A stretch of 64,000 bases of DNA from Zygnema circumcarinatum SAG 698-1b (lineage: Eukaryota > Plantae > Zygnematophyceae), in the NCBI GenBank assembly GCA_037447605.1, contig CM074807.1, positions 1,054,001-1,118,000 of the forward strand, given 5' to 3'. How positions within the stretch are numbered: position 1 is the first letter of the stretch; every line of letters begins with the position of its first letter. Below the pieces are notes generated by a model that searched no databases, was not told where the DNA came from, and saw only the letters and a program-made list of their open reading frames with translations. Below, one piece after another: positions 38,654 through 52,117 of the stretch. A program made the translations under genes and the position numbers.

Positions 38654-40792
38654 CTACACGGCAGGAGGAGCACGGGCAGTTAATCCACATGCTTTCAAGA
38701 AGCCTTCCATGTCTGAAAGACCTTCCAATATCACCGCTTTCCCTGTCTTCCCTGCAGTTCTTAGCTCCCCTTCAGTGAATATACCCGTACAGACTCCGAT
38801 GGGCAGCGCTCCTCCATATTCAGCAGCCAAAATGTCATTGGGCTGCATAATCACGACCAATGTAAGAAATGGTGCAGAGTTTCTGCGCGTTACCTATTGG
38901 AAGCTACCACTTCCAAGAGCTACGCTATGTACGGCTTACCTATTGAAGCTGCAAACCACTGCTATGCGTATGGTATAAGGAAGTCAAAGGAGCACACATT
39001 CATTCAGAGGAGACTGCTAAGGCTGGCAAAAGTCTGACTCACAGTGTCGCCAACATGGATCTGTAGTCCAAAAGGAGGTCCAGGAAAAAGCTGCTGTGCT
39101 CGATGTGCGGCAATCTTTACCAGCTCCCCACGATCGGTATCGTCACTGCCAAATCTGTGACAGCCAGTACAATAACTTCAGTGCAATCTAGAACAATGCT
39201 GTAAAAAACAAACTGCACAGGTCACCATTGTACATTCTCTGTAACTTGAACTTGCAACTTGCGCTTTTAAGTATTCATGACAAAGGCTCCATAGTTGCTG
39301 CAATTCCGTTTAACATTTGCTTTCAAAATGAACCATATCAACGCATGCTATGACAAAAGTCACGCCTTTGGTGAGAAAAATACCAACCCTCCAAAATTAG
39401 GAGCGGAAAAGTATGGCAGTAAACCAAGAGCCTTCATTTTCAGCCACGCAATTGGCTCCAAGTTGCCCGTCACCTGCTCCCGACATGCACACCGCCAACC
39501 ATATTAAGTTGTGATGCAGATAAGCAAGACAAGGTCATGCTTGTCTATGCTTGTGATAGACAAGCATTTTCATGACCAAGTCACAACGGCTTGGATTGAG
39601 TGTTCTAGGACAGAAAAATGAGCATCAGTTTTAGAATGATTTGGTTGACGTAACTTCACACTTCGAGTGAACAAGTTTCCTTACCAGGCCTATAACGACA
39701 TCTGGATGTCCTGAAAGAATTTGCATCAGGTCCCAAACACCTGGTAGCAACTCCAGCCCATGGCCTATTTCTTCTTCATGACTGCTTGAGTACTCCAACA
39801 TTTTCTCCTTCACTTTTGCCAGCTTCGGGGTTATAGCCTGCGAGGGTCCACAGTGGATAGTAGATACTTCATATGGTGAAAAGAGCCTCTTGCACCTGCC
39901 AGCGACTTGTAACTTGTAAACGGAGCTGACCAAACGTACAAGTACTTATGTCCTTTTAAATGAAACAATATAAGCTGTAGACCGGCTTCAGGGATACTGC
40001 GGCAATTACAGCGTGAACCCGTTAACTTTCAGATTTACCGACAAAATGAACAAATCGCAGTTAGATGGGATAGACTGAAGTCTGAAGGAACGACAAGGAC
40101 ATTAGAGTCGCAGATTATAGCAACTCTATTGGCGAAGAAGGGGAAAAAAAACGGCGAGAGACGGGGCCGCACACAACAAGCAAGCTGGCATTGCCGCATT
40201 CTAATCTACAGCTTGGTGGTGTGTTTGCAATTCAAAGTTCAAAGTTCAAAGTTCAAAGTTCACCTCACGGCTTACTCCATAGTGCTCCAAAGTCCTCGAA
40301 GCCACAGTAAGGTCTGTGCTGCCATGGTGCTGTTTCACAATCCAATCAAAGCGCAGGAAACAAGATTTTCGTTGGCAACGTCCTGATGGCAGTACCAGTT
40401 GAAGAAGAGTGGTCATTTAAGGCAATAAGACAGCAGCATTTCCGATTCTCATTTTCTTCCATGTTTGTCACAAGCTCGTCCATTGAGTGATAGCAACGCA
40501 GTACTATTGCTGGCTGCATTTCAGCCTGCATTAAAATCACCTCCATCGACCAAGCTGTTCAAGTAAGGTGACAGAATTCTCACTAGCAGAGCAATAGGAA
40601 AATCTGCATTCGCTGGCATGAAGGCTAGCATCTGACCTTGATGGCATCAATGGTGCCAGTAATGCCAAAGACTTCCTTGAAGCTGAACGCAAATGCGTCC
40701 TTGTGCAGCTTGTTGGCCTCCAAGCCGACACTGTGTATGAGCGTCCCGTCCACATCGAAGGTGATCAGGACGCGCCCGCCAGCCGTGGCCAT
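38654..40792 (-). CDS. HAD-superfamily hydrolase
   Basis: MATAGGRVLITFDVDGTL (motif I), HHGSTD, LLPGV..GL, FGSDDTDR, HVGDT|PNDILAA (motif IV). Confidence 0.9.
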
Positions 40793-40860
40793 GGCGGGCA
40801 AGCGCCAGCTAAAAGTGAAAGCAACCCCGGGGCGAACGCGAAGCAGTAAGGAAGGAGGGG

Positions 40861-41276
40861 GGCCGGATCAACCAATGGTTGCAATCATTGAATCGGCGGT
40901 TGCCGTCTATTTCCAATGCTGGCCCACATTGGCTGGCGACTAGCCAACCATTGCTTCAATGCGCCAACCATTGCTTCAATTCGCCAACCGTTGCTTCAAT
41001 GCGCCAACCATACCAGCGGCTCCGAACCATTGGTGTCAGACCTTTTCAACAGGAACGGAACGCAAACTTTCATTGAACTCGCGATGGCGAGGCCATCAAA
41101 TTTACATGGATAAATTTACATTTTCAACCATTGCGAAGGGTCGCAACCATTACATCCAGTTGGCGAACCATTGGACGCCAACCATTGGGCCAACCATTGG
41201 GCCTACCATTAGGCCAACCATTGCCGCCTAATGGTTGGCGATCCAATGGTTGGCGATCCAGTGGTCCGACCTGTGA
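40861..41276. mobile_element. Degenerate MITE-like element with an AACCATTG array, copy B, just upstream of the HAD start codon
   Basis: CCAACCATTG units that flip to CAATGGTTGG near the end, plus the terminus GGTCCGACCTGTGA shared with copy A. Confidence 0.65.
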
Positions 41277-42240
41277 TTTTCCGCTTCCATATATTCCGGT
41301 CTGATGTTGGCTCCTGCGCATGTACGGACCTCTTAACCAGCAGTCCGTACGATAGCGTAAGGCCGTATGGTTCGTACCGTACGGCCTGGAGGACAAAGCA
41401 CCCAAGCCGTTGCTCCAGCTCCAACGGCAGCCATGGCTGCGTCCCCCCTGCAGCACCCCTGTCGATGGGACCGGCGGTCTACTCCCTCCGGTGAGTCTCC
41501 GTTGCAAAGCGGTGCTGGTCCAATCTTCCGCATGAATTTTTGATGGCTAGATTTAACTGGCGGGGGGCTGTTCGAGGTTCTCGACTGCCATTAGGGAAGC
41601 AAAATGGCATTTTTAAGGCATACAAGGGACTTTTGCTGAGGGCGGATACATTGTTGTGTCGCCATGTGCCTTTGAAAGGACCAACGTCTAGAACGACTAC
41701 TGTACATTTGATGTAACGCTGCTGTGGCTGCATTAAACCATAGACCCGACGGAATTTCGCAACTTTTATCTAGTGATGATTTATAAGTGAACGCCGTTCT
41801 CATGATGTTGCAGAGCATTGTTTGGAAGCTTTTCTCCCTGCCGTCTCTGAATGATTTCCCTGAGGGAGACGGCTTCCATTGCCGAGGAGCAGCTGGCCAC
41901 TCAAGGATAAGACCTTACATAGCTTTTGCTTACCTGACTCCCGCTTCCACTACCATTCTCCCGTCACAGGGCTATCTTGAGAGCAGTTCTTCGAAGGTAT
42001 TACCATGCGTGCGGATTCCCTAATTGCCTTTCCCCTCTCAGATATGTTCAGTGGGAGACGTTGTCTTCTATTAATCATGTGTCGAGTTGACCACGAGAGT
42101 CCGGCTAAAGGATTTACCTTGACGCGATTCATTCAAAGAGGTGGCTTCATACGCGCGTCGTTCTTCAAGTGAACATTCCTTGCTCAGCTTAGCATTAATT
42201 TGGTTCGTCTGCTGAAAGGTACGCTCCCTGGTGGCAAGCA

Positions 42241-45167
42241 ATGCCGAGGTGGGAGGGATTCGCTTATGCAGCAGCAGCAGCGATTGGGCATTCCTGCATC
42301 GATACGACCCGCAAGATTGCATCCCAGCGGTTTTCCTCAACGGAGCTTGTTGGCCTTGTTGGCGTTTATGACGCGCTCTTTCTGACCTTGTTCGTTACTG
42401 GCTCCGGTCTTCTCAACTCCGTCCGCTTCGTTACCTATGATCTGATTATTGTACTGATTGTCAGTGCCATACTGAAGATCCTTTGTGCTTTAATGTACCA
42501 GCGAGCATTGCAAGTCTCTCCTCTCTCAGCTACTGTTCCTTTCCTTGCATTCACGCCAGCCCTCATCATTTTCACAAGTTATGTTATGATTGGGGAGCTT
42601 CCAAGCTTGCAAGGTCTTGCTGGTGAGTCAGCTGTCAGCCCATCAAAACCTCAATCTAACAGAAGAGGCAGGTTATGTTTACGACAAATTTTTTTGCAGA
42701 AGTAGTAAAAGCACACAACAGTCAAAAGTGGTCAGGTTTGTTGCTGCGGGTCTCACCATCAGCGCACTTGTTTTTTTTTAAAACCTCTATAATTAGAACT
42801 GTTGATCACTTGCAGGCGTAATGGTGGTGACCATAGGGGGATACATGCTGGCATTCGAAAGTGCTAGGTTTTCTCTTTTGAAGAAAGGCAAGCTAACACC
42901 AGTCTTTCCTTCCAGCCCTCTGAAGGGTGCTACCGAATCAACTGTCAGCAAAGGACCGTCCGAAAATGGTTTGCATAGCGGGACCTCTTCGTTTTCAGAA
43001 ATCGTTGCAAACATTTCAGGCAGATTAAACTCCCCTTCTATTCCTGGCAACATTGGAATGGACGCCTTGGAAGGCTTGCAGGCAGACTTAGGGAAGTCCC
43101 CAGAAAGTGGATTACGAGTGAACAATCTGGAGGCTAGTGTAGAGCCTTTGAGGAATGATACAGTTGCAGATAACGGGAAAATGTCGCCAATTGGCTTGCT
43201 GAGTGGCAATGGATGGGCTGCTTCACCTCATGTAGAAGATACGGAAGTGCGGAGTATGAAGCTTGTTGATGACTTGGAGGCACCATTATTGCCTAGACCA
43301 GATAGCAGAAATTCCACAACAGAAAAGACTACAGATACAACGATCGAGAGACCATTGACAGGTCTCAGCCGATCTGACCGGTCGGCATATAAAGCTCAGA
43401 CTGTGGATTTGATAGCAGATGGGGATGCTGACGGCATTAAAGAAACTAGTAAGAGATGGCGTGCTTCTTCGAGATTGGCAGACAAAGGAAAGGAGTCCCA
43501 ACGACTCGGAAAAAAATGGGCCTGGGCATTCCTACGGCTGATCTGGTTAGTCCGTTTCACAGAAAATTAGACATTGTAGGAGGAGAAATTAGTTTGAGCA
43601 AGTTTTATCTTCAACCAAATTCGGGAGCAAATCACATCTGTCAACATTCTCTGCTCGAACTCTTTGACTTGCAGAACAGATTTTGATTTTGTCTAAGTGA
43701 CTTCTTGATGACTGTGCTTAAGGAGAGCATAGTACCTTCGGTGGTGTGCTTGGCAGGTCACGCGTGGGACGATTGTTAGAGCCTTTGCTTGCGCTTCGGA
43801 GAGAAGAAGGTTCAGGGCTGATGCTGGGTTGTGCGGGGCTTCTAAGTCTCACCAACAGGTCTATCCTTGGGCCCAATTTTTTCCCTCCCTCCCTCCCTCC
43901 CTCCTCCCTCCCTCCCTCCCTCCCTCCCTCCCTCCCTCCCTCCCTCCCTCCCTCCCTCCCTCCCTCCCTCCCTCCCTCCCTCCCTCCCTCCCTCCCTCCT
44001 CCCTCCCTCCCTCCCTCCCTCCCTCCCTCCCTCCCTCCCTCCCTCCTCTCCCTCCCTCCCTTCCTCCCTCCAGAAGATTATGCAGGAGACAGTTGGCTTG
44101 TAGTCTTCACTGACCCCCTCCCTCCCTCCCTCCCTCCCTCCCTCCCTCCCTCCCTCCCTCCAGAAGATTATGCAGGAGACAGTTGGCTTGTAGTCTTCAC
44201 TGACCCTCCCTCCTCCCTCCCTCCCTCCTCCCTCCTCCCTCCCTCCCTCCTCCCTCCCTCCTCCTCCTCCTCCTCCCTCCCTCCTCCTCCCTCCCTCCTC
44301 CTCCTCCCTCCTCCTCCTCCTCCTCCTCCCTCCCTCCCTCCTCCCTCCCTCCTCCCTCCCTCCAGAAGATTATGCAGGAGACAGTTGGCTTGTAGTCTTC
44401 ACTGACCCTCCCTCCCTCCTCCCTCCCTCCCTCCCTCCCTCCCTCCCTCCAGAAGATTATGCAGGAGACAGTTGGCTTGTAGTCTTCACTGAGTTCCTGA
44501 ACATCACACTATTTCTGACGGGTGAGGAAGGGGGGTGGTCCGGCCATTGTTGCAGTCTGGACAAGATGGGATCACATATGACTCCGTCAATACTCGTGTT
44601 TGCGAGCCTGCAGCGAATTTGCATGGCAGTTCCGCCTGTTATTGTTCTTGGGTGCACCAGGTCCTGCCTTCAACTTCTTACCCACTGCTGAATGTCATCA
44701 CTGCTTTTCTCTTTCATGGACACAAACTCCACAACAGTGTCAGTTGCAAAGCATGTTCTGTTATGATGAAGTAGAGCACTGATCGTTTACCATTACGCTC
44801 GCCTTACTTTGTGAGAAGAAGCATTAGATGAAATTTCATTATTGTAAGGTTGATTCACTCTTATTGATCATGCATGACCCCATCATGCATGACCCCAGAG
44901 TTTGGACAAATTCAGTTAGGTTCTGAATCCATGTCAGCTTACTCTTCGCTGATTGCTGGAGGCCTGTACGGATGCTGCAGCCCGCGATCATTTTATGCCC
45001 TTGTGCGATTCTTCCCAGTTCTCGCGTCCATCTCGTTTTTTGAGATTTTGGCTATCGTGGGATATCTCAAGAGCCTTGAGTATCTGCTCGTTTCTTACTC
45101 TGTCGCGGTGCAGCTCGATAACCTCTTCGGATGCCAATTAGAGTTATTTATGTCAAATTTGTTTGCT

Positions 45168-45262
<95 letters not shown>

Positions 45263-45271
45263 TGAGGGAGA

Positions 45272-45308
<37 letters not shown>

Positions 45309-46172
45309 TCAAGGGATGCCAGCGCAACTTGAATTACCATATTGAAGTCAAATTTGTATACAGAACTGTGAATATTTTCAGTTATCCTGCTTTTGTACTG
45401 TGTGTCGATTGTCTGAACTAGTAAATTAAAAACAGATGGAGCTGACCGGAATATGTTTTGAATGTCTTTCTTCTGGCCTGTTTGTTTCTCAGACTAAGCG
45501 AACAAACATTTTGATTTCGGTTTTTGTTGGGAACATCGTCTTCAAGGTAAGGGTTTGCAGCCTGCAGTTGGTTCGGAACTACTGTCTTTTTTTTTTATGC
45601 TTTTTGGGGAGAAAGGGAGGATGGAGGGGGGGCATGGTTTGGACCTCCTCTCTGTTACATGAGCACCTTCTTTTATCTTCTTTTACGTCACCAACTACCT
45701 CTCTAACTAATTCTGAAATTGGTTTATGCATTGATCAATTTAGGCTACAATTGAGCCGTTAGGGTTCTCCATTCGGTCATGGAAGCTTGAAAAAACGAGA
45801 GAAAAAAGACTACAGGGCGGTTGGCTGGCGGTTCATTACTGCAATATGAGTGTCAATGTTTTCTCTATTCAGATCAACCTCAATCTGTGGGAATGTACGC
45901 TGTTAGCCTTTCGGGTTTTTTGGTTTGCATTTGGACTCGCTGCTCGGGTTTTCGCTTGTGCTTTTGCCCGTTTTCTTTTTGGCGCAGGTCCGGTTCTCTC
46001 GTATAGGATGAAGAAAAAGAAGCGAGGCGGCAAGGGCCGGTATTGACGTTTATAAGCCTCCAATTCCATGAATGAGTGACCGGGGGGTTGGCCTGTGCAG
46101 GAGGACATTTGGAGAAGGCTCCCTTATATTCTACTGATGATGACGGGAATGACAATGATTGTTTTCGCGTAA
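42241..46172 (+). CDS. EamA/DMT-family membrane transporter with a long central hydrophilic loop
   Basis: RALQVSPLSATVPFLAFTP..GELPS..G|VMVVTIGGY in the first half; GSGLML..SLTN|SLDK, YLKSLEYLLVSYSVA|TKRTNILISVFVG..FK|EDIWRRLPYILLMMTGMTMIVFA* in the second. Stop at 46170-46172. Confidence 0.87.
43883..44492 (+). repeat. (CCCT)n microsatellite interspersed with four identical 43-bp units, intronic
   Basis: CAGAAGATTATGCAGGAGACAGTTGGCTTGTAGTCTTCACTGA at 44071, 44161, 44363 and 44450. Confidence 0.95.
45170..45306. repeat. (GA)n microsatellite, intronic
   Basis: Seen directly. Confidence 0.97.
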
Positions 46173-47072
46173 GGAGTAATGATTTGAATGTTCTACGTAT
46201 CCAATCAGGTTTTTGGGGTTTGTCATCTTCACTCTTTCACTAGGGAAAGCTCTTCTCGAGTAGAGGGGTCTTCTGAATGGAGAGTCTTATTCAAGGAGGT
46301 GTACGATAATGCCATGTTTGCCGCGAAGGCAAAAGGATCGCCGTGGGCCTTAAGCTGGTGACAACTTCACTTCCATTGCAGTTTCAGTTTCAGTTCCATC
46401 AGTTTTAGCGTGCTTAGCACCTGCTTCCTCTCCCAGTCGTATCCAGCAACCGTGGAAAAAACAAACCAGTGACACATTTGCCAGCAAATATTGTTTGCTA
46501 TTTATGAGGCTATCCTCTATTTCAACAAAAGATTATTTGCTACACACATCGGCACTTTAGTGTGATCTTTTGAGAAGCCTATTCTTGGTCTGCTTTTCCA
46601 CTTCCAGCCAAAAGGATTCTACTTTTTTGGGCCATAAAGTGGGCCTGATATTGGTTCGTTTAATAGGACATGTTCTGAATGAAAAAGGCAATCAACAACT
46701 GTTATTATGCACCTTTTGCACATGTGCACTGACATAAACGCAGTGGCTTTCAATTGATATGCGTTTAATTGGAATTTGATCAGATCTTCCACATATAGTC
46801 AGTTGCAAGGAGCACAAACGGCATTGTGAACGTTTCATAATGAGCACTCCTGAAAGCGTACCCGGAATTCTATTACAAAAAAAGAAACAGTTCACATCGT
46901 TTCGTTCACATCAAAAGTATCTATGTAATATGTCTGCCATTGCTTCATGGCCCACATGAAGCAGCTTTACTAACGACGGCCAAGCCAAGCACCAAGGCTT
47001 TAAAGATGCCGTGCCAAATAAATTTATTGACTAAAAAAATCTTGGATAAACGTAACAGGCGATGAAAACTTC

Positions 47073-47738
47073 CTAGAACCTCGCCCAACACAAGTCGCAC
47101 TCTGCTATGCAGTCACCTCGGCAGTCCACAGAGTATCCCAGCATTATAGGCTTCCGAACAATCGATTTAACTAGTGAGGCTCCCTTGATGCTCCACTCTC
47201 GCTCCAACTGCCTCACGTTCACCTTTAACCTCCCTTCAACACTGCATGCCAATACATGGGGGAAGGCCTTCACAACCTGTGACAAGTTCTGTCCGTCTAC
47301 ACCGATCTCTTTCAGGTATGAAATAACCGATTCAACCTCATCGGGACTCGGAACTACATCAACTTTCTTGTCCCCCCAATACTTGCGGTTTATCCATCCA
47401 AATGCCTTCCCAAGAATCGTCTCAGCTTCGCTCGAATCAAAACCCAATGCTTGGACTTGGCTCAAACTGCTTTGCCAATTCTCTAAGTCAGGACCGGCTA
47501 GCTCCTCGGCCGGATTCCTCTTGGTTTCAGTCTCCATTGCGCACGTGGCTCTCCCACTATTTCCCTCCCGTACTCCAGTCTTCACCAGCCGGCACCGCTG
47601 AGCTAGCGACCACCTTCTCGAGAAGAGATCAGCACCAGGGCATAATCTCACTACTTTACTATAAGGCTGTGACATTTGAGACGACGCCCATGTTTGGTGA
47701 TTGGGAAATGCACGCGAAGAAAAGAGAGAGCTCGCCAT
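47073..47738 (-). CDS. mTERF-like small organellar protein with a C-terminal Cys cluster
   Basis: Transit-like N-terminus MASSLFSS.., then KAFGW, FPHVLACSVE..LK.NV, KPIMLGYSVDCRGDCIAECDLCWARF. This resembles the short plant mTERF-family proteins ending CxxCWxRF (recalled, not searched). Confidence 0.8.
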   Translation of the reverse strand: MASSLFSSRAFPNHQTWASSQMSQPYSKVVRLCPGADLFSRRWSLAQRCRLVKTGVREGNSGRATCAMETETKRNPAEELAGPDLENWQSSLSQVQALGFDSSEAETILGKAFGWINRKYWGDKKVDVVPSPDEVESVISYLKEIGVDGQNLSQVVKAFPHVLACSVEGRLKVNVRQLEREWSIKGASLVKSIVRKPIMLGYSVDCRGDCIAECDLCWARF

Positions 47739-50278
47739 AGTCGAGGGACTTATAGTGCATAAAATGTTTGATACGAGACCTGGCATTCTCTGCAATTTCA
47801 GCACCAAGAGGACTACGACGTGAAGAACCCTTTAGGAATGGGACAAAAAAAATGAATGCAAAATAAAGATACCCGCAACGCGTCACAGAAATTATTCAAT
47901 AGATGAGCTGTACGGTCCATTGGGCGCACTTCAAAGATAAAAAGGAGAGCTCCGAACGAGTGATAGTTCGCAACGAGGACCTGCAGAGCGTAGCCCTAAC
48001 AGACCTCCTGCAAGAAGCCTCCCCGCTTCTGCTGTTGCTCATCCTAACTTTTCACTCGAAAAACATGTTATCCTAAGAAAAGAAATCACTTCTCAAACAG
48101 CGAAGAAGAGCCTTACCGATGCGGTCCGAGCCTCCCTCCACTGAGCTTCCCAGGGGGTCTTTCTGCAGGCCCTCTCCACTCCACGGCAGTCTTGAAACTG
48201 CCCTCCGCCTGAAGGACACATGACTTTAACATTAACTTTAACTTTAACTACGACTTTGAGCGCATAGCGCCAAAAAAGTCTGTTCGAAAGGTGCCGTACA
48301 TGCGTACGATAGTACGGACATTAAAATAATAAACTTGAGAACAAAAGAAAATATTTTCCAAAATTTAATTGAAAGGTTTATCATTGAACTACTCGATAGA
48401 AAAATTTCATTATATTATGTTCAAATCAATACTCGACAACGAAACAAAACATCAACCCCCTACAAACGTAGCGCTAATGTTGTAACTGAATGTTCACACA
48501 GGCGCGTGTGACTTAATGCAGCAATGCTATACTGATGGATTCATAGTGATCTAAAATCATCATGGATACGATTTTGAAATGATTTACCTAATCCCTAGGT
48601 ATAAACGGGGTGAATATAATCAATTGCTTCGTCTAAGGGTGGATAATCCAGATCTGGGTTTTCACTACTAATTAAATCTTATTTTCACATCTGCTGGAAA
48701 CAGAGTTCTCCACAAGCAGTCGCGGAGTCTTACGACATCAACAACTTCGCCACGCTCGCTGATCCTGAGAGCGCGGCAATGTGTTTATTTTCTTTTGCTC
48801 TTTTAGTTGACTAGGAATGACTACGGAGGATGCTGCCTTTTTGTCAATACATTTTTTCGTACTTGATGAGCAGTATTCTACAAGGCAGAAGCATGCGATA
48901 GGTTTCCTTCCTACCACCTTTCACGTAGCCTTTGAGAGGATGTTAGAATCACTATCTAGAGAGACGAGAGGGAGAGGGGGAGGGGGAGGGGGAGGGGGAG
49001 GGGGAGGGATTGATAACGAGAAAGAGAAAGAAAATAGAGAGAGAGAGGGAAGAGGGGAGAGGAAGGAGATGAGCGGATGCGAATGCTGCATCGCCTCTCT
49101 CTTCTCTTGCATCAGCTTTGAGTGTTGGAATCAAATCAAGACCCTCTTGCCAAACGTTTACTGAAAGATGATTTACCGAATAGAGTGAGCCAAGCTTCCT
49201 CTGCCATGTGGCAAGCGGGCCTGTATGTGCCGTGGCATTGAAAATAAGCTTGGCGATTGGAATTAGATGTTCGTGACAACAGTTTCTCATGTTGCAACCT
49301 TCAGCTGATTGTACAGTACAGTACAGTACAGTACAGTTACACGTACAGTTTGCTCCTACGCCGTCTTCACGCCATCACGATCATGTGCCAGTGCTCGGTA
49401 TTAAGTTTCCGCTAACTGTTGGAGATCTGCGTTTGCGTTATTCCTCGCCACAGTCCCGCAGCCGCGGCTTTGAGAGGCACACGGCATAGCGTTGGAGCCA
49501 ACAAGCAGTCGGAGAATTTCTTGTTCGCATGGAAATTTATCACAATTTTTTTTGGAAAATTCTATTCGCACACCTTTTTTGTCTACGCACGGGACATTGA
49601 CTCTCTAGGTCACGAGGAACTTGGGCGCGGACGCCAAGCGACAAGGATGGTCGCGCGGGGGCGGACGTGGAAAAGTAAAGTTTTTAGTTTAGTTTCACGG
49701 GACCGCGACGTGACGAACCGAACATCTTTCGGGAGTACGGACGATGGGAGTCATGCCACGTCATAGGTCAACCGAGCTCACTGATTGGCTGCGGCGAGAC
49801 TTGCGGTGTGCATCCAGCGTGACTGTAATGAATGGGCGGGAAAGACGACAAAAAAAATTTCCGGCCACAATCCGAGCGGTTTGCGGCGCGCCCTCAGGAC
49901 GACCCCAAAAATGATTTCGCCGCTGCCAGCCGGCTTTTGTGACGTCACAATTTCCAGGCGCGTGTGTCATCAACTCATCCCGTAGCGACTGTTTTCGTCG
50001 TTTTGTGCACTCCGTGGTGCTGCCACCCCCCTGGAGCCGTACGGCCACAGCCAGAGCCAGAGTCGTCAGGGCAATTGAAGTCTTAAAGACTGTGAGGTGC
50101 CATGTATGTGCAGTTAATACTAGAACGGAACAGCGTCATAAAATCCGATTCACATGGTTGGTGACCAACTTGACAAACGGCACACGGAACTGAGCCCGAA
50201 TATGGTACATGTGAATGTCACGTCACGTCCCCGCCCTTCACTGACCAAAGTGTACCAAGTGCACCCTCAAACCTAAAG

Positions 50279-50352
50279 CCCTCGTGGTTCCACATGCTGA
50301 TTTTGTCCATGTTGTACATTTGATGGCCTCGCCATCGTGAGATCAATGCCAC
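50279..50352 (+). repeat. ~80-bp dispersed repeat, copy 4
   Basis: CCTCGTGGTTCCACATGCTGATTTTGTCCATG..TACATTTGATGGCCTCGCCATCGTGAGATCAATGCCAC. Confidence 0.9.
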
Positions 50353-52117
50353 TTTCATCCCCTCAAAGCCCTAAAGGCCACACCCTCCCAAGGACCAAAA
50401 AAATGACCCAAAATGCATGGCGGACAGTCACGCCAAATGACCATTAACATCATGAATAAACTGATGCAGACATGGTATAACAGAAATCGCAAAGAGCAAT
50501 AGGCAGTAAGTTGCTTTTGCAAGTTTTTGTTAATGAGAAATCGAATCCATTCATCTATGTTAAATTCAACAGAGATTACTAAAAGAAAAAGTATAAAAAA
50601 AATAGGAGGGAGAGAGAGAGCGAAGGGGGAGGGAGGTAGAGAGGGAGGAAGTGACACGCGGCGACACTCTAGGGCGGAACCGCACGTGCGAGGGGAGAAG
50701 CTCCTGCGGAGATGGAGAGGGAGAGGGAGGAAGGGAGAGGGGGAGGGGGGAGAGGGGAGGGGAGAGGGCGGATTGCGAAGGGCGGGAATATTTGAATCCA
50801 TGCAAAAAAAATTAAAAATCCACAACTAAAAGGAAAGTTTCAAATTCGCAAAAAATAATGTTGTTCAAAAGCCACCACTTAGATTGAACAACTTAAAATT
50901 CAAAAAACCTGTTCAAGGCATGTGATGGTTCCGTACAGTGCAGGTTTGTACGGACAGCCCATTTGAGCAACTTTTTGGCATCGCAAGAAGAGCAGGATCC
51001 CTATCCTTCCAAAAGGCGCAGCCATGGCTGCCGTGTGCAGGCCGCCATGCCCGGCAGTCGCTGGAGAAGTTCTGACGCGCGTGAGGGGATGCGCTGGCGA
51101 AACTGGAAGAGCAATTGGCAATGCGGGTTTTTCCGGGGCGTCGACAAGGAGCTGCAGGCACAAGGCTTCCTTGCGGGACTGTGGCGCCAGGGCAATGCTG
51201 CCACGTAACGCATTTGGAGGAGTGCAGACATCCTCATTTGGAGCTATGCATGTCCGGGAATGTGAGTCGAAAAGTTGGTGCGACCGCTGTGATTGCTGGC
51301 AGGCTGCTAGAAGACATTTGTCAGACGAGGCCATCTGCTGGTTTCCGATTTGTTCGAACTCGGTGGATAATCTTGGAATTCATTGAGGCATCCTTGGTTT
51401 TGGATATTGAACCAGAACTGTGGAGAACTGCTCATATCCGTGCAATTGCGAACAATGTTGGGCACCTGCATAGTCGCATCCAGCTGCAAGTGAAAGCTTG
51501 CTGATCTGAGAAGTCCTTGTATGGTGTGTACTTGAATATTTTTATAATAAGAAACTCCTGAACTGTAGCTTATTGCGCCTTGCCGTCTGCTTTGAAACAC
51601 TTGCGAAAGGTGTTTTCGCTTTTCATGTCTTTCCTCTCCTTTTTACGCAACGTCTGGCAACGTCTGGTCCCATGCTATGGTTATACTGCTTTGCGAGAAA
51701 ACCTTTCCCATTTAGACAGCAAATCCCATGAAGGTCATCTTTGGACTCCTCTTCGACCTCTTCATGTAATCATCCGTGCTGAGTGAACCAGCACATTGCC
51801 TTGCATCATGCTTTTTTTTTTAACTTTTTGATTCTGAAGCCGTGTTGATTGTTGGATGGTTGCAGTGTCGATACGCTGTCATATCAGAGGGATGACTTCG
51901 CTGCATAGGTGTCCGCTTACGTCTTCACCAGCCTTAAGCAGGCGAGGTGCGAGGTGGACATCGAAGCCATCAGGCGCGCGCTGCTCCCTCCACCTTCCTT
52001 CATTTTATCAGGTCATCCATCACACTTGAGGTGCATGCACAGCAGGCTGGCAGGGAGCCATTTTCTCATCCTTTCATCAATCACGGAAGCAGCTACATAG
52101 AGGCAGCTGAGTCGTTT

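Noticed and set aside
43746-44405. Pro/Ser/Leu-rich extensin-like ORFs
   Set aside because: These are translations of the (CCCT)n repeat inside an EamA intron.
44071-44492. CRISPR array
   Set aside because: The spacers are pure (CCCT)n microsatellite, the locus is a eukaryotic intron, and there are no cas genes.
44874-45332. RE-repeat protein ORF
   Set aside because: It is an EamA exon read through into an intronic (GA)n microsatellite.
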